Position numbers and translations under genes: made by a program | Shown here: one piece after another, positions 41,446 to 53,994 of the stretch | Position numbering within the stretch: position 1 is the stretch's first letter | How the letters are laid out: each line of letters opens with the position of its first letter | Notes under the pieces: model-generated | Seen by the model: only the letters and a program-made list of their open reading frames with translations | Told to the model about the DNA's origin: nothing | The model's database searches: none | Assembly (NCBI RefSeq): GCF_000150275.1 | Contig: NW_002060970.1 | Location: forward strand, 332,197 to 396,196 | DNA from: Trichoplax adhaerens | Lineage: Eukaryota > Animalia > Placozoa | Reading direction: 5' to 3' | Length of the DNA stretch: 64,000 nucleotides

Positions 41446-42486
41446 ATGCTGACGTTAATGCCTGCTTCGCAACGACCAAAGCATCACCTCATTCCTGAAA
41501 AGATTATACTTAAAGGAAAAACAAGATTAGGAAGGCAAGCTGAGATGGTTGATGTGGTCATTAATTCAAATCATTCATTATTAATTAGTCGACTTCATGC
41601 CACAATCACTCGAAACGAAAGTGGCTACTTCAGCATTGAAAATCATGGCTTAAATGGACTGTTGGTCAATAGTAAATGTATCAAGAGTTGCAATTTATCT
41701 CATGGAGACATTATCGTTTTTGGTGGTGCGGGAAATGGTGCTGTGGTTGGCCAAGAAGTGCAATCTACTCTATCAGAATTGGTCTATCGATTTTGCCAAT
41801 ATACATTAGGCGAAGCTAGTTGTACTGTTGATAGCCCTACTGTACATCTTGTTGATGATGATATTGATCAATACGTTGGAGAACAAGCGCAAACAGTTAT
41901 GCATTCCAAACGTAAACGCGCCAATAGCCAGGATTCATCAACCTCAACAGAAAAGAAGTCACTAGAGAAAGAGAGCAGTAACTATAACCAAGATTCTTTG
42001 TCGGATTTGATTGATTTTGTCTGTGAAAATACCTCATTAGATAGCCAGAAGAAACAAGATGATAATAATAATGAAAAACAATCACATAACGAGGAAAATT
42101 TTAGTAAAATTGGTGAAGAATTTACTTGTAGTATATGCCAATCACTTTTAGTTGCTGCCCATTTATTGCCTTGTTCTCACAGTTTTTGCAAAGAATGTAT
42201 TTATACTTGGCTATCTAATCATTCTACATGTCCAACATGTCGAAAGCGTTCTCGTCTATCTCAACTAGTAGCGGAAAAAGTCGTTGATAATGCTATTGCA
42301 GTTATGGCGGAAAAATTTTTAAATGAAGGTGAACTAGCAGATTGGAAATCCCGTTGGAACGACGTCTCTAAGTTTAATTTAAAGTCTCTTTCTGGCAAAG
42401 AGAATGCACATAAAAGGCCAATAGCGAGACGACAGGAAGAATACGAGTTAGACGATGAAGATGATGAAGAAGACGATGACGATGAA

Positions 42487-42569
<83 letters not shown>

Positions 42570-42960
42570 CTATAGCGACACCGATGACGAAGACTTTGAA
42601 GTTGACTTTGATAATGAGAACGACGAAGACATTAGTTCAGGAAATGCGACAATAAATAATGATCCCTTTGTTATGTACGAAACTGGTGCTGTAACATTCG
42701 ATATTATACCAAGTCATGTTATTCTACATCTCCGTTATTCACCGACATCCCGGACTAATTGCAACAAGTGCGGACAAGTTATTACTGTTGGAGCTATTCG
42801 ATGGACGGCTTCATCCTTACATGGCAATAACAACAAATATTATCATTTGCGATGCTTAAGACCAGAACGATCCTACTTTGATACTCATACACTCCGGCTA
42901 TCTAGTTTTAGTAGAAGGCAAACGGCCAATATACTAGATTACTTATCAGGAGGGTCGTAA
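41446..42960 (+). CDS. FHA + C3HC4 RING protein (RNF8/CHFR-like E3 ligase) with poly-Asp tract and C-terminal PARP-type zinc finger
   Basis: Single coding exon; ATG at 41446 just after an AG acceptor. FHA motifs LGR, ISRLHA, LNG. RING CSIC..CSHSFCKEC..CPTC. 28 consecutive Asp. C-terminal RYSPTSRTNCNKC..I..GAIR..YYHLRC. Confidence 0.9.
42451..42570 (+). repeat. Coding (GAY)n microsatellite (acidic tract)
   Basis: (GATGAC)n followed by (GAT)n, in frame; 42487-42570 encodes 28 Asp. Confidence 0.95.
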
Positions 42961-44418
42961 GTTATTGCAGACTATCTATTTATTTAAGATCCTATTAATT
43001 TGGAGAATATATTTGCTTTCAACCAAACTTACTGCAGTATTAGAAACATGCTGACAATATTACAGTATTGGATAGGCCTTCTATTTAGTATTTTATTTCC
43101 TGGACGAAAGTCCGATCATTATAACAGCAAGTATTGTAGTGTATTAAGCATTGCTCAACGTCATCGCCCTCCTGTATGAGGCAGATTTACATATGTTTCT
43201 AGTTCAATGTATGCCATGCGTATGCATGAAATTTTATATTGGTAAGTTAGTCAGCGGATTACATTTGTTCCTATTGATCAATTCTGACATTTTATTATAT
43301 ATTGATGTTCTATAGCTGCGCTAGTTATCAGCTTATTGACAAGCTTTGTGTTTGATGTAGTAAATCTACCAAATTTGTAATGTATATAAGATGTGCGTTT
43401 CTGTTATTTTATTTTGTAATCTGTTGCTCAATATGTTGCATTGGTAAACTAGTTGCTTTTGGATGGTTTGGTTTATTATAAGAATCATGTTCGCCTAATA
43501 TATTACAGGTATAGGTTAATAAGTTATGACATCTCAAAATTAAGAATTCTGCTGATTTACTTTTTTATCATTAATTGCTATTACAGAATAATAGGATGTA
43601 ATTGTGCTGTAAAATTGAACGCCTGTATAGAAATGAAAAACCTGTTCTTTATAAGGAGTTTATTGGCACTGCATAATTTATCAGAGATGACTAGTTACTT
43701 CATAAGACGGCTTTGACGGATAAGGGCCTTATTTGAACTACCATCATGACAGCGCACAATAAATTATATTTTAAAAAAACTAAATGTTTGAACGAAGAAA
43801 GTTTCCGCTATTTAATGAAAGAATAATAAACATGAGCTAAGTATTCGCAATTACATTGATGTATATTTGCAAACCTTAACATCTGCTTGATGCCAGTGCT
43901 TACGTATTATAGTTAGCACTAAGCAAATGTTATCATAAATACCCCCTCAATCTGTAAAGGTTTTAGCATCAGGTAATAACTAGTGCCATAGATATTTTGG
44001 CATGTTTTTCAAAATTTATCGACATGGACTGCATGTCACCATTTTTCAATATTTTGCTTACAGTTTTAAGTTTACAGATTTAAAAAATGGTCGCCTCATT
44101 TTAGACTAACACGTCAATAAATAATTCGTATTTTTAATCAATTTTCTTTATTTATGAATTTGCTCGCGAGTAAATTACAACCTACAATATAGTTGCAGAG
44201 TATTTGAATGAACATAATTCAATTATCATAAGCTAGGATTGGATATAGTTTCTCCTGTCATTGATAGAATCAAATGAGATGTAAAGCTTATCATACGAAT
44301 TTTAACATCCAGCTAGCAAAATCACAAATTCACAGTATTAATTTAATCATTCCTTTTAGTAAGTTTAAACCGTCATTAATTACATATACTTTAGTATCTG
44401 GATCACATATCATACTGC

Positions 44419-45687
44419 TTAATAGGACCCTTTCTTAGGCAAGAAGGAAACTTTCGGGAGTGGCTTGTACAGAAATATTCGCTGTATCTCTCTTTTCATA
44501 GAACATGTTGGTCCATACCATCCATACTGGCAATCGCAAGCGCCTGTTTCCTTATTACAAACACCAAATTTACATCGACAATCGTATTGGCAATTGGGCC
44601 CAAATTTATCATTAGAACAAGGCTGATCACATTTTTCTCCAGTAAAACCTGCTCGACATCGACAACGGCCAGTAGCAATATCACAGTGATCGCCAAGAGC
44701 TGGTTCACATTGACATTGTGAAAAGCAATCGATGCCAAATCGGTCCTCACCACATGAGCGTTCACATTGACCACCTACTTGGCCTGGCAGACAGATACAT
44801 TTGCCATCAATGTGATTACATTGGCCATCATTTTGACAGTTGCATTTCTGCGAGCAGTCAAGTCCCCAACGACCGCGTGGGCAACGTTGCTCACATTTAG
44901 GCCCAATGTAGCCTGGAGTGCAGATACATCGACCAGTAAATCGATCACAATGAGATCCATGTCTGCAATCGAAACAGGTAGAATTACAATTTGGTCCCCA
45001 ATGTCCTTCTTTACATGGTTGCTCGCAAAATTCACCAGTATAGCCAAGAATGGAATCACATTGGCAATAACCAGAGATAGAATCGCAGCTTGCATTATTG
45101 GCACAGTTACAAATGGATCTGCATGACAAGCCAAATGATCTTGCAATGGAAGCGGAGCATGGCTTTTCGCATCGAGGACCTGTCCAACCTTCATTGCATC
45201 TGCATTCACCAGTGATATGATCGCAAAGACCATTACTGCTACAGCTGCATACTTCTGCACAGTGTCGACCATAATGTCCAATTGGACAAGGTAGATTACA
45301 ACGCGGGCCGATCCATCCTGGAAGGCAAGTACAGTTTCCAGTGATTGCATGACATGTTGCATTATTTGAGCAGAAACATTTCTCTCGGCAGAAAAGTCCA
45401 AATCGTTCATCGGGGCATTGACATGTTTGCTCATCAGATCCATCTTTACAATCTTTGACGTTATCGCAAACTAGAGTTATATCGATACACTTTCCAGATA
45501 GACATCGATGCTGATGATGACCGCAATATTCCGGTAGCTTTGCGTAAGACGATGCTAAAAAAGCGATTGCATAATTATAAAGAAATTAGTTTGAAATTAA
45601 TAAATGGACTATTTTAATTTTAATTTTACCTGCAGCAAAACTGACTGCAAAAGCAAGTACGATCAATGAATTTGTAGTGAAAGCCAT
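44419..45687 (-). CDS. Secreted protein with one LDL-receptor class A module and tandem MEGF10/11-type EGF-like repeats, about 397 aa
   Basis: Exon 1 (45687-45630) encodes signal peptide MAFTTNSLIVLAFAVSFAA. Exon 2 (45554-44419) encodes CGHHQHRCLSGKCIDITLVCDNVKDCKDGSDEQTC, then repeats of C.C.N...C...G.C.C..G..G..C...C..G..G..C. No transmembrane segment. Confidence 0.9.
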
Positions 45688-46814
45688 TATCAATTCTACT
45701 GAAGGAAAGAGAAATTATATACGGTTTAGCTAAGATGAATGAAGTATATAATCTTTTCCAGAGAGAATTCGCAATCTATTTCGGTTACTGTACTGTTATT
45801 ACTTTTATATCTGGTAGGTGTCAAATGTGAGATTTAACACCGTCGTGTTTTTAGGTAGCCTTGATCATTTGGTGCTATTGCTTATTTCGCAATCTGAAGA
45901 TGTCGATCTGTTCAAAACCTGTCTTCTTTACAGTAAACTAAAGTACTACTGTCGAATCGATGAACGAGATGCAATCGTCTTTAATATTAGGATGTACTCT
46001 AAAGATACGATCACAAGCTTTTACCGATACAGCTATGACTAATTAATATAATTAGCTGCAGGTATAGGGTGACTTTAATGAAATATTAAAGGAATTACTA
46101 CCAATTAAATAAAGCAGAAAGGTATACAAATATACCTAATATGTTATTTCACCTAGCTAATTAGATATTTATTAACAACTTCTAAGGAAGGCGAATCAGA
46201 AAATACTGGGCAATTGCGATCGAATTATTTACTTTCAACTATCTGTCCAATACATTTTTGGCCGAAAGCATAACAATTTCAAAATTCGACAACAGAACGC
46301 TTTATTTACAGATTAAATATCTCCAAACGCTAATATAAGCGTTGGTCAGCCAGTATAAGGTGTTCAACATCACGGCTACTAATCTTGAAAAATAGTAATA
46401 GCGTTCAGTTATAGTGTAACGTTGATGCTATCTATTTACTAAAATATCCGTAGTACAGTACCAGAGTCCAATAGTGGATTATAATGGAACTGAAAAGTAA
46501 GAAAGAATCGCGCACAAGATGCGGCAAAGCATATATTCATGATCAACTTTAAATCAACATTATAATGTATATAAAAGTGTAAAAAATTAGTAATTGCTAA
46601 TATCCTAGTTATTTGGCATAAATATTTACAATGAGATAATTAAGCGCTAATGAGTATATTACTATTCACATGGAAACGCAAGAATACGCGATAAGATTTA
46701 AATTTCGTGATAGGCTACACGCTCAATATTTTGGCATTACATCGTTTCCAATTCGAAAGGATTAAAATTAAAATTTTAACTACAAGAGGATATAATTGAC
46801 AACATAATACTAAG

Positions 46815-49800
46815 TTAATCATTAGGTTTAATTTGTAACGTAATTTTTTGCTGATTATCGAGACACTCCCTAAGCTTGTCTTCGGTCATTGTTAGCCGTT
46901 GCTCTAAAATAGAAACAGTCTAAAAAATGAAGTGGTGGTTTTTATTTTAGATGCAATAGATAATGTGTTAACGATACTTAGCTATTAAGATTCCCTTCTT
47001 AAGAAATTTAATTACCTGTGTTAGTACATCTAATTGGCTGACAATATGTTCTAAAGTTCGCGATAACTGTGGTGGGATATCACGCGGTTCTAATGGACTA
47101 GTTTCAGCACCATTTGCGGCTGTAACATCTTCAGTAGCAGCCTCCTTTTCCAGATATCCGTGATCGGCCATGAGAGTATCGATCTTACTTGACTTCTACA
47201 ATAATTTGAAATGAACATTTTTAAACATCTGCAGAAATGTTAGCAATTAAGAAAATTTCTTACGACAGCATTATCTTACCTTCGGAATAGAAAACATTGC
47301 AGGAGCTACATCGGTAACTTCTGGCGGACGATCAGATAGATCTTTGGGAGTTCTTTTAACATCCAGCTGTGATAATTTTAGCATCAGTGTGAGTTCAAAT
47401 GGTAAAAATCTAATTACATTAGAAATGCACGAACCTGAGTAGGGGGTCTAAAAGTCTTTTTTGGTTGAACGTTTGATGATTGTTTACCGTGGATACTTGC
47501 TACTGTAATATCATAAGATTCTTACCGATGAACCACATGTAATTTTGTATAGTATTGGATATACACGTGCGGTAATGATCATTGCTACTTACATTCACTG
47601 TAATCAACCGTATCGAAATTTGTCTTCCATACCATCACCTATAATCCGATCATTAAAGTTAAAAATAAGAACCTCAACTGTAAAATATCACAATTACATG
47701 TGCTAAGCATCATACCTGCTCATCAGCACCGCCAGACGCAAAGTATTCTCCTGTCGGTGAGAATGTTACCGCTGTAGCAGGGCCCTACCATAATAGGTTG
47801 TTTAATTCATCATAATATTTCATATACAGTTTACATTATCGATTTAGAATGTTACCTGATGGCCGTGCAACGTATAAAATAGTCGCCCTTCTAGCAAATC
47901 GAGTATCTTACAAAAGAAGACAAAAATAAGCATAAATATATGTTATTGATTGCGTTTGTAGAATAGAATCTTAGCAGCAGGCCCTACAAGTATCGAGACA
48001 TAGAAATTACCTTCAGTGTGGTATCACTTGATGAAGTAATTAAGAAGTTGCCGGAAGGATGGAAAGAAATGCTGTTTATAGCATTGGAATGGACTAATTT
48101 TAGGTAAGGAATAGTTTGATTACATTCGTCATGATCGAATAACACAGGGTTAATGTTTCATCGTCAAACTAGCAATGCATAAATATACTCACTTTGGTAA
48201 TGCTGAAGAAGTTTATTGATTCTAATGTCCCATATCTGATAAAATTTGATGAGAAATGAAAGTGCAAATTCACTATTAAGCATGACTACATGACTACTTA
48301 TACAACACGATTAATACCTCAGTTTAAACAGTGTGACACATTTCAGTGAAAGATACAAGTAAGAAATTACCTTAACAGTATTGTCCGTTCCTGCCGCTGC
48401 AATACAAGTTCCATTGGGATGAAAAGCAACATCATTAACCATTCTAGATTATTAGTCAGGTATGTCAATAATAGAAGCAAGTCAATATAGCGTGTTTACG
48501 AAAAGAAGTCTTCAAATGTATTGCTTTACTAATGTCAATTAAAGATGGCAATAAAAAGGTAAGCTGATCTTTATAATTTTTGTTCTAATAATTAAGTAAG
48601 AATGATTGAATTACCCAGAATGCTCATAGAAAGTGTGAATACATTCTTTACTGGATCTATCCCATAACTTGACCGTCTTATCATCACTACCAGACACGAT
48701 AAGTCTACCGTCGGGTGAAAATCTAGCTCGTCTGACCCAGTTGAGATGTGCATTGAGAGTAAATTGAAATTTTTGGCGATGTACAGTCCATAGCTATGAT
48801 GAATTTTAATTGGATTGATAGAATGCAAGGGCACAAGTCATTAGATAAGGACTTTAATTTGTGTCCATGCTTTGCACATCAAGTTTACGTCAATACCTTT
48901 ATTGTTTTATCATCAGATGCGGTTAGTAAGGACTGACCATCATTTGAAAAATCGACACATCTGACAGTCCCAGTATGAGCTTTAAACACAGTTGATTCCC
49001 CTTTTCTATGAATGTTTCAAAGAGATAAGAGTGCTGTTAGTAATGCTTAGCGAATATCAGCTAGGTGATGTAATCTATAGATTATCAAGGCAGGTTTGCA
49101 TTGATGAAATAAGTTTCTTACACGCTGGGTATCCACAAGCGGACAGTTTTATCTCGAGAAGCAGACGCAACTAAATGGCCTGACGGGGAAAATTGAACGT
49201 GCATAACAGCGTCCTGTTAAAAGAATAAGTCGAGAATTTATTCAATATTTGGATTGTATTTGTATCAAAGTATACTACCGATTTACCTTGTGACCAATGA
49301 ATCGGTATGCTCTGGTATGTGCCTTGAAATTCCATATCATTAGACTTGAGTCCATCGAGCCGGTTGCTATTATCAGGTAAATTATTTTCAATAGGATAGA
49401 TCAGTAAACACTAGCAAGGAACTTCAGTTTCCTCTAGGAATAAGATCTACAGTCGATTTACGTTTACTGCTATGCCAAGTCTTTTAACATTAGAGCATAT
49501 CTAAGCAAGTGGAATCTATTTGAGTATGTATTTACGATTCAATAGTAATTTTTAGCATATGCATTTGTAGGACGATCTTATTTATAATATAGATGTCGTA
49601 TAAAAGTATTATAGCAATCAAGCCGTACTTTCTAAACAGAAACTTAAGTTACACTCATTTAAGCTAGAATTTTTGAAACTAATATCTATCTATGGTAATT
49701 TCTTGACTATCGATTTCAATCTCATGTACAGTGATGGAGTCTACGCGTACATCCTTTTAACTTTGCAAAATTATAGTATAAAGGATAAAAAATAATTAAC

Positions 49801-50818
49801 CGGTGGATGAGACTTGAGTAAACATTGGGCACATCTACAGTTTGCAAAAAGTACTGTGGAAAGCCTAGGATACTGATATACATAATCTGATCGTCATACT
49901 GTGTTGCTCAGATAGTTGATCAATGGCATATCAATACCAGTGCATCCAGGACAATCTACTATTTGGATATTATTAAGCAAAGCATTGGGAATATCGATGA
50001 TCAACATTGTAAACATTCTACAGCTTGCAAAAAGTACTGTGGAAAGCCTAGGACACTCATATACATAATCTGATCGTCATACTATGTTGCTCAGATAGTT
50101 GATTAATGGCATATCAATAACAGTGCATCAAGGACAATCTACCATTTGGATATTATTAAGCAAAGCATTAGGAATATCGATGATGAACACTGTTTCCGAT
50201 GATCTAATACAGTAAATCATTGACTGTATACTTTATGAACGAAGAGTTTGACTACTCCTATTCAAGTATTCACTAGACTAGGCTATACTGTATTTGGTAT
50301 ACGATTGTACTGAAGCTTCACCACTGACTCCATTGTCAGAAATAAGTATCGATTTGTCTACTCGATATTGCGTTAGTTCGATTGATAAGGCAGAACGATA
50401 GTTGGACTTACCAAGTTGCTTCATATTTGGATTAAAATCGATGCAAGTTACGGTATCTCGATGGCCCTTGAAATGGCGCTCCAACGTGGGATCCTCCTAC
50501 GTGTTGATATAAACATTGATTTCAATTGATCAAAGTATGAACAATGTGTCGATTGAAATCAATCATTTCTGTTGATACTATAGGTGGTTGTAAAGAGAAT
50601 CACTTGCATCCTCTGTATACTAATAGCAGTAAGGAAAATGTACAAAATGATGTCTGATTTTATCTATCTAGTTGGAGAGAGGCAACCCTGACCCATTGTC
50701 CATGCCTACGTTTTGAAAGACGATTGATGCTGATCTGCTACCATTCTCATGATCTATGTCATGGAATCAATCATCATCATCATCATCGCTATAAAAAATA
50801 CCTTACCAATGCTGTCAT
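46815..50818 (-). CDS. POC1: POC1 centriolar protein (WD40 repeats + C-terminal Poc1 coiled coil)
   Basis: MTAL|[79 protein letters not shown], and C-terminal [30 protein letters not shown], over many GT-AG exons. Confidence 0.95.
49834..50193. repeat. 183 bp tandem duplication in POC1 intron 2
   Basis: TCTACAG.TTGCAAAAAGTACTGTGGAAAGCCTAGGA starts at 49834 and 50017. Confidence 0.93.
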
Positions 50819-51268
50819 GACTTTAGGAATAGAATCAATGGTTTGCTAGTCGATAATGGATGAATCTTGATGGAAATGGACCAGCTAATGGCGGATGATT
50901 GAGCTAGTCGATTGCGTTCTTCAAGTGGTGTTGGCTACGGTCGTAAGGGATGAGGGTAGGGTATCCTTCAACAGGTGGTAGTCAAGGTGATGATGTCAAT
51001 CGAGGGTGTTGACTTGAAAGCGAGATGACCGCAGTCCGTTGTGTCATGTGTGTCGTGTGTGAAAGGTTCGGTTAGGGTGAAAGACAAGACAAGTTTGAAA
51101 GATCGTTGGAGTGAAGTTCAAGCCGTTTGCTTGTGGTCAGTGTATCAGAACTCTGTCTATTTCAGTACTGTTGCATACACGACAATTCCAATCTAGAGGC
51201 CAGAGCAGGAGATTATTATTTTTTGGCGCGGACATACAAGAGAGAAAATTTAAAATTTTTCACCCACC

Positions 51269-51685
51269 CTACAGTACAGTGTACATTACGGTGTATTGTA
51301 CTGTACTGTACTGTATTATTTTAAGTGTTCATGCAGAACTACAGTACTGTACACAGTGTACAGTACTGTAGTAATACGAACGAACTACAGTACGCACTCT
51401 CTTTCTCCTCCATCGAATACTGTACTGTACAGTACACTACAGTATACACTGTACTGTACAGTACGGTATACTAAGTACTGTACTGAGCCCACTCAGTACG
51501 GTGTATACTGTAGTAATATAAACGAACTACGCACTCTCTTTCCACTCCATTGAATACTGTACAGTGTACAGTACAGTACAGGCTAGGTACTGTACACTGT
51601 ATACTGTAGAATGTTCCAAGTCCATGACTATACTGTAATACTGTCGAATTGTAGTACTGTAAGTACTGTACTGTATAGTATTGTA
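51269..51685. promoter_or_regulatory. ACAGT/ACTGT-rich array between divergently oriented POC1 and GTF3C6-like genes
   Basis: The densest array in the window, e.g. ACTACAGTACTGTACACAGTGTACAGTACTGTAGT and ACTGTACTGTACAGTACACTACAGTATACACTGTACTGTACAGTAC. Confidence 0.6.
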
Positions 51686-53034
51686 GTCAACGATGCAGTC
51701 TTTTGACTACTGGACGATGAGAGACATTGGAACCAATACGATCCAGCAAGCCAGCGCTAGATGAGGCTGATAGCTATGGTTACCAGCACGCACGCAATCC
51801 GAAATTCTCTTCATGTTTTCCTCTATGCAATTCAATTAATTCTAGTAGAATTGGATATGATTTACATGAGGTCTATCTGGATTGAATCAAAGTACAGCTA
51901 GCGTTGGATCTCCAGCAGACTTGAACAGGTTAGACTAGGTATCACTGCCTTCAATGATAATGATGCATTCAATCAGTCGACAGATCGTCTTCATTTTACC
52001 TTAGCTGGAACGAATGGAAGCGTAGAGTACAAATATTGGACACAGGTTCGCTATTTAAATGAAATAGGAAGGAATCAAAATAAGAATGAGTGAACAGTTA
52101 AATCAATAAGGACAAACAGACTCATATCACTTAGTATGCAAATTATCAATCAATTGCTGTGATGATGTAATGCTAGCATGGCGGTACGTCTTGTACAGTT
52201 GTATATTCAGAGTGCCACCATCAATGATATACTGTACGTACACTAGACACTAAGTTGCAGAGAAGTGAATTTTTCTTCAAGTTTTAATGAATAACAAGTC
52301 ATACAGCTGTTACCATGTTCTGATATCGAATAATGGCCCTATGCTATTGACATTTTCGTGATGCTAATGAGTTGATTCAATTTTTTAGGTAGGTTTTTGC
52401 GCAGGTAGACAACGAGACTTTCTTCAAGTGAATATCCACTAAAGGATACGAATGCAGCTTGTCTCAATCTCTTGACTTATTCATTTGGATCAACTCTCTT
52501 TGACGTAGTGCATCCATGGCACAAAACTCGGACAACCCCTCGAATGATGAAAATGTTTGTTCAATCGCATTTCATTGAATGGATAACTTTACTCTCTAGC
52601 TAGTAATGACAATCCAAAATATTAGGATTAGGCTTACGTTACCTTGTGAACCTTACATAAAAGCAGTATCGGGATACAACCATTGCATTTACTTTCTCAA
52701 ATTTGTCCATTCAATGGATTAATTTATCATTTTCGATTCCAATCTTTGCACATACAATCTCTTAGTGAGCCTGATAGTATAATATGGTCTTAACTTATCT
52801 TATCTACAATCAATCTTAACTATTTCCATTTTATCCTTATATCCCGAGTAACTGTACTTTACGTAAGCGTAGCCGTCTGTCTTACCTTATTTTATCAACA
52901 GGAAAGTCCTAACTTTTTCCTTTTTACATGCGCCCTCAACAAATGCAATCTTTGCAGACATAATGCGATAGTTAGCTAGATGTTGTGGTCTGATTGACCA
53001 AAAGCGAACGCCTAATCTTTTCCCCTTGATTTAG

Positions 53035-53994
53035 GAGTATTATGTCGTCTTACAATTGCCTGATTCCGCCGTGGCTGGTGATACCTTACGCGTCTCTGTA
53101 TGCTATTAAAACTGAATATTTAGCGTGTTCAATTATTTTTAGTAGTTGATGATAATATCAAAAAAGTCATTTTGTAATTTTCATCCTATGATACTTTACC
53201 ATCCACCCTTTCTTTAATTCGACTAGCTACTATGAATACTGTCTCATCGATAATATCAACGGTATTGGTTAAGGAAAAAGCAATGATTTGCTAAGGATCA
53301 ATTACTGTGCTATCTATTTATGAATAGGGCATCCAAACTAGTCAGCCTACACTACAACACATGTCTAACCTGTACGTTGGAGAATATAAAAGTAAGTATC
53401 CTCAAACATGCTTTTTAGGAATTGCTTAGCCAAACTCGTAATACAATATTTTTATACACTTGGTTAACAAACATGATATCAATGTGATAAGCTACTGCCT
53501 TACCTTTAGTACTTACTACTATTTTAGACTTGACTTATAAATATCGTTAAATTAAACCATCTATTTTAATGTACAAGCATATACTTTTATATCCAAACTA
53601 ATATGCATAGTTACACTCTTTGAATATTCTGCACTATTATTAGATTCTACAGGTACCAATTTAATATTCGAACAAGATCAATGTAAGTATTCATTGTAAT
53701 TTCGTTATCATGACAATTTCATGCTTTGAAAATGAATATTTAATCCAAATTTCAAATGGTAACTTAGATGACAAACAGCATCGCCACATATCTACTACAG
53801 CCAAAATACTTCATGCAACAGAGGCCGTTTTGAAGCCAAAGTCAGACAGTAAGTGCATCCTATGGCCGATAATGATAATACACGTATTGACTTGTCAATC
53901 ATATAATCATCCTTTACCGATCTTAACATTTGTGATGCTATGTGATTTTAATACAGTTAAGGTTACAGAAAAAAATAATCCGGAAGAAACGTAA
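53035..53994 (+). CDS. GTF3C6: TFIIIC subunit 6-like protein (GTF3C6/Tfc7 domain), 5' end unresolved
   Basis: Exons 53035-53097, 53328-53391, 53644-53682, 53768-53848, 53957-53994 splice in frame to EYYVVLQLPDSAVAGDTLRVSGIQTSQPTLQHMSNLYVGEYKNSTGTNLIFEQDQYDKQHRHISTTAKILHATEAVLKPKSDIKVTEKNNPEET*. This matches the remembered GI.T..P.LQ......GEY....GT..IFE pattern of TFIIIC subunit 6. Confidence 0.65.

Noticed and set aside
42455-42655. Poly-Met/Thr ORF
   Set aside because: Alternative frame of the (GAT/GAC)n poly-Asp tract.
44496-45443. Overlapping ORFs, including the 222 aa minus-strand ORF
   Set aside because: Shadow frames of the Cys-rich LDLa/EGF exon; no independent motifs.
51111-51553. 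Tyr/Cys/Thr/Val-rich ORFs (also 25213-25458 and 31981-32570)
   Set aside because: These are translations of the ACWGT low-complexity arrays, not proteins.
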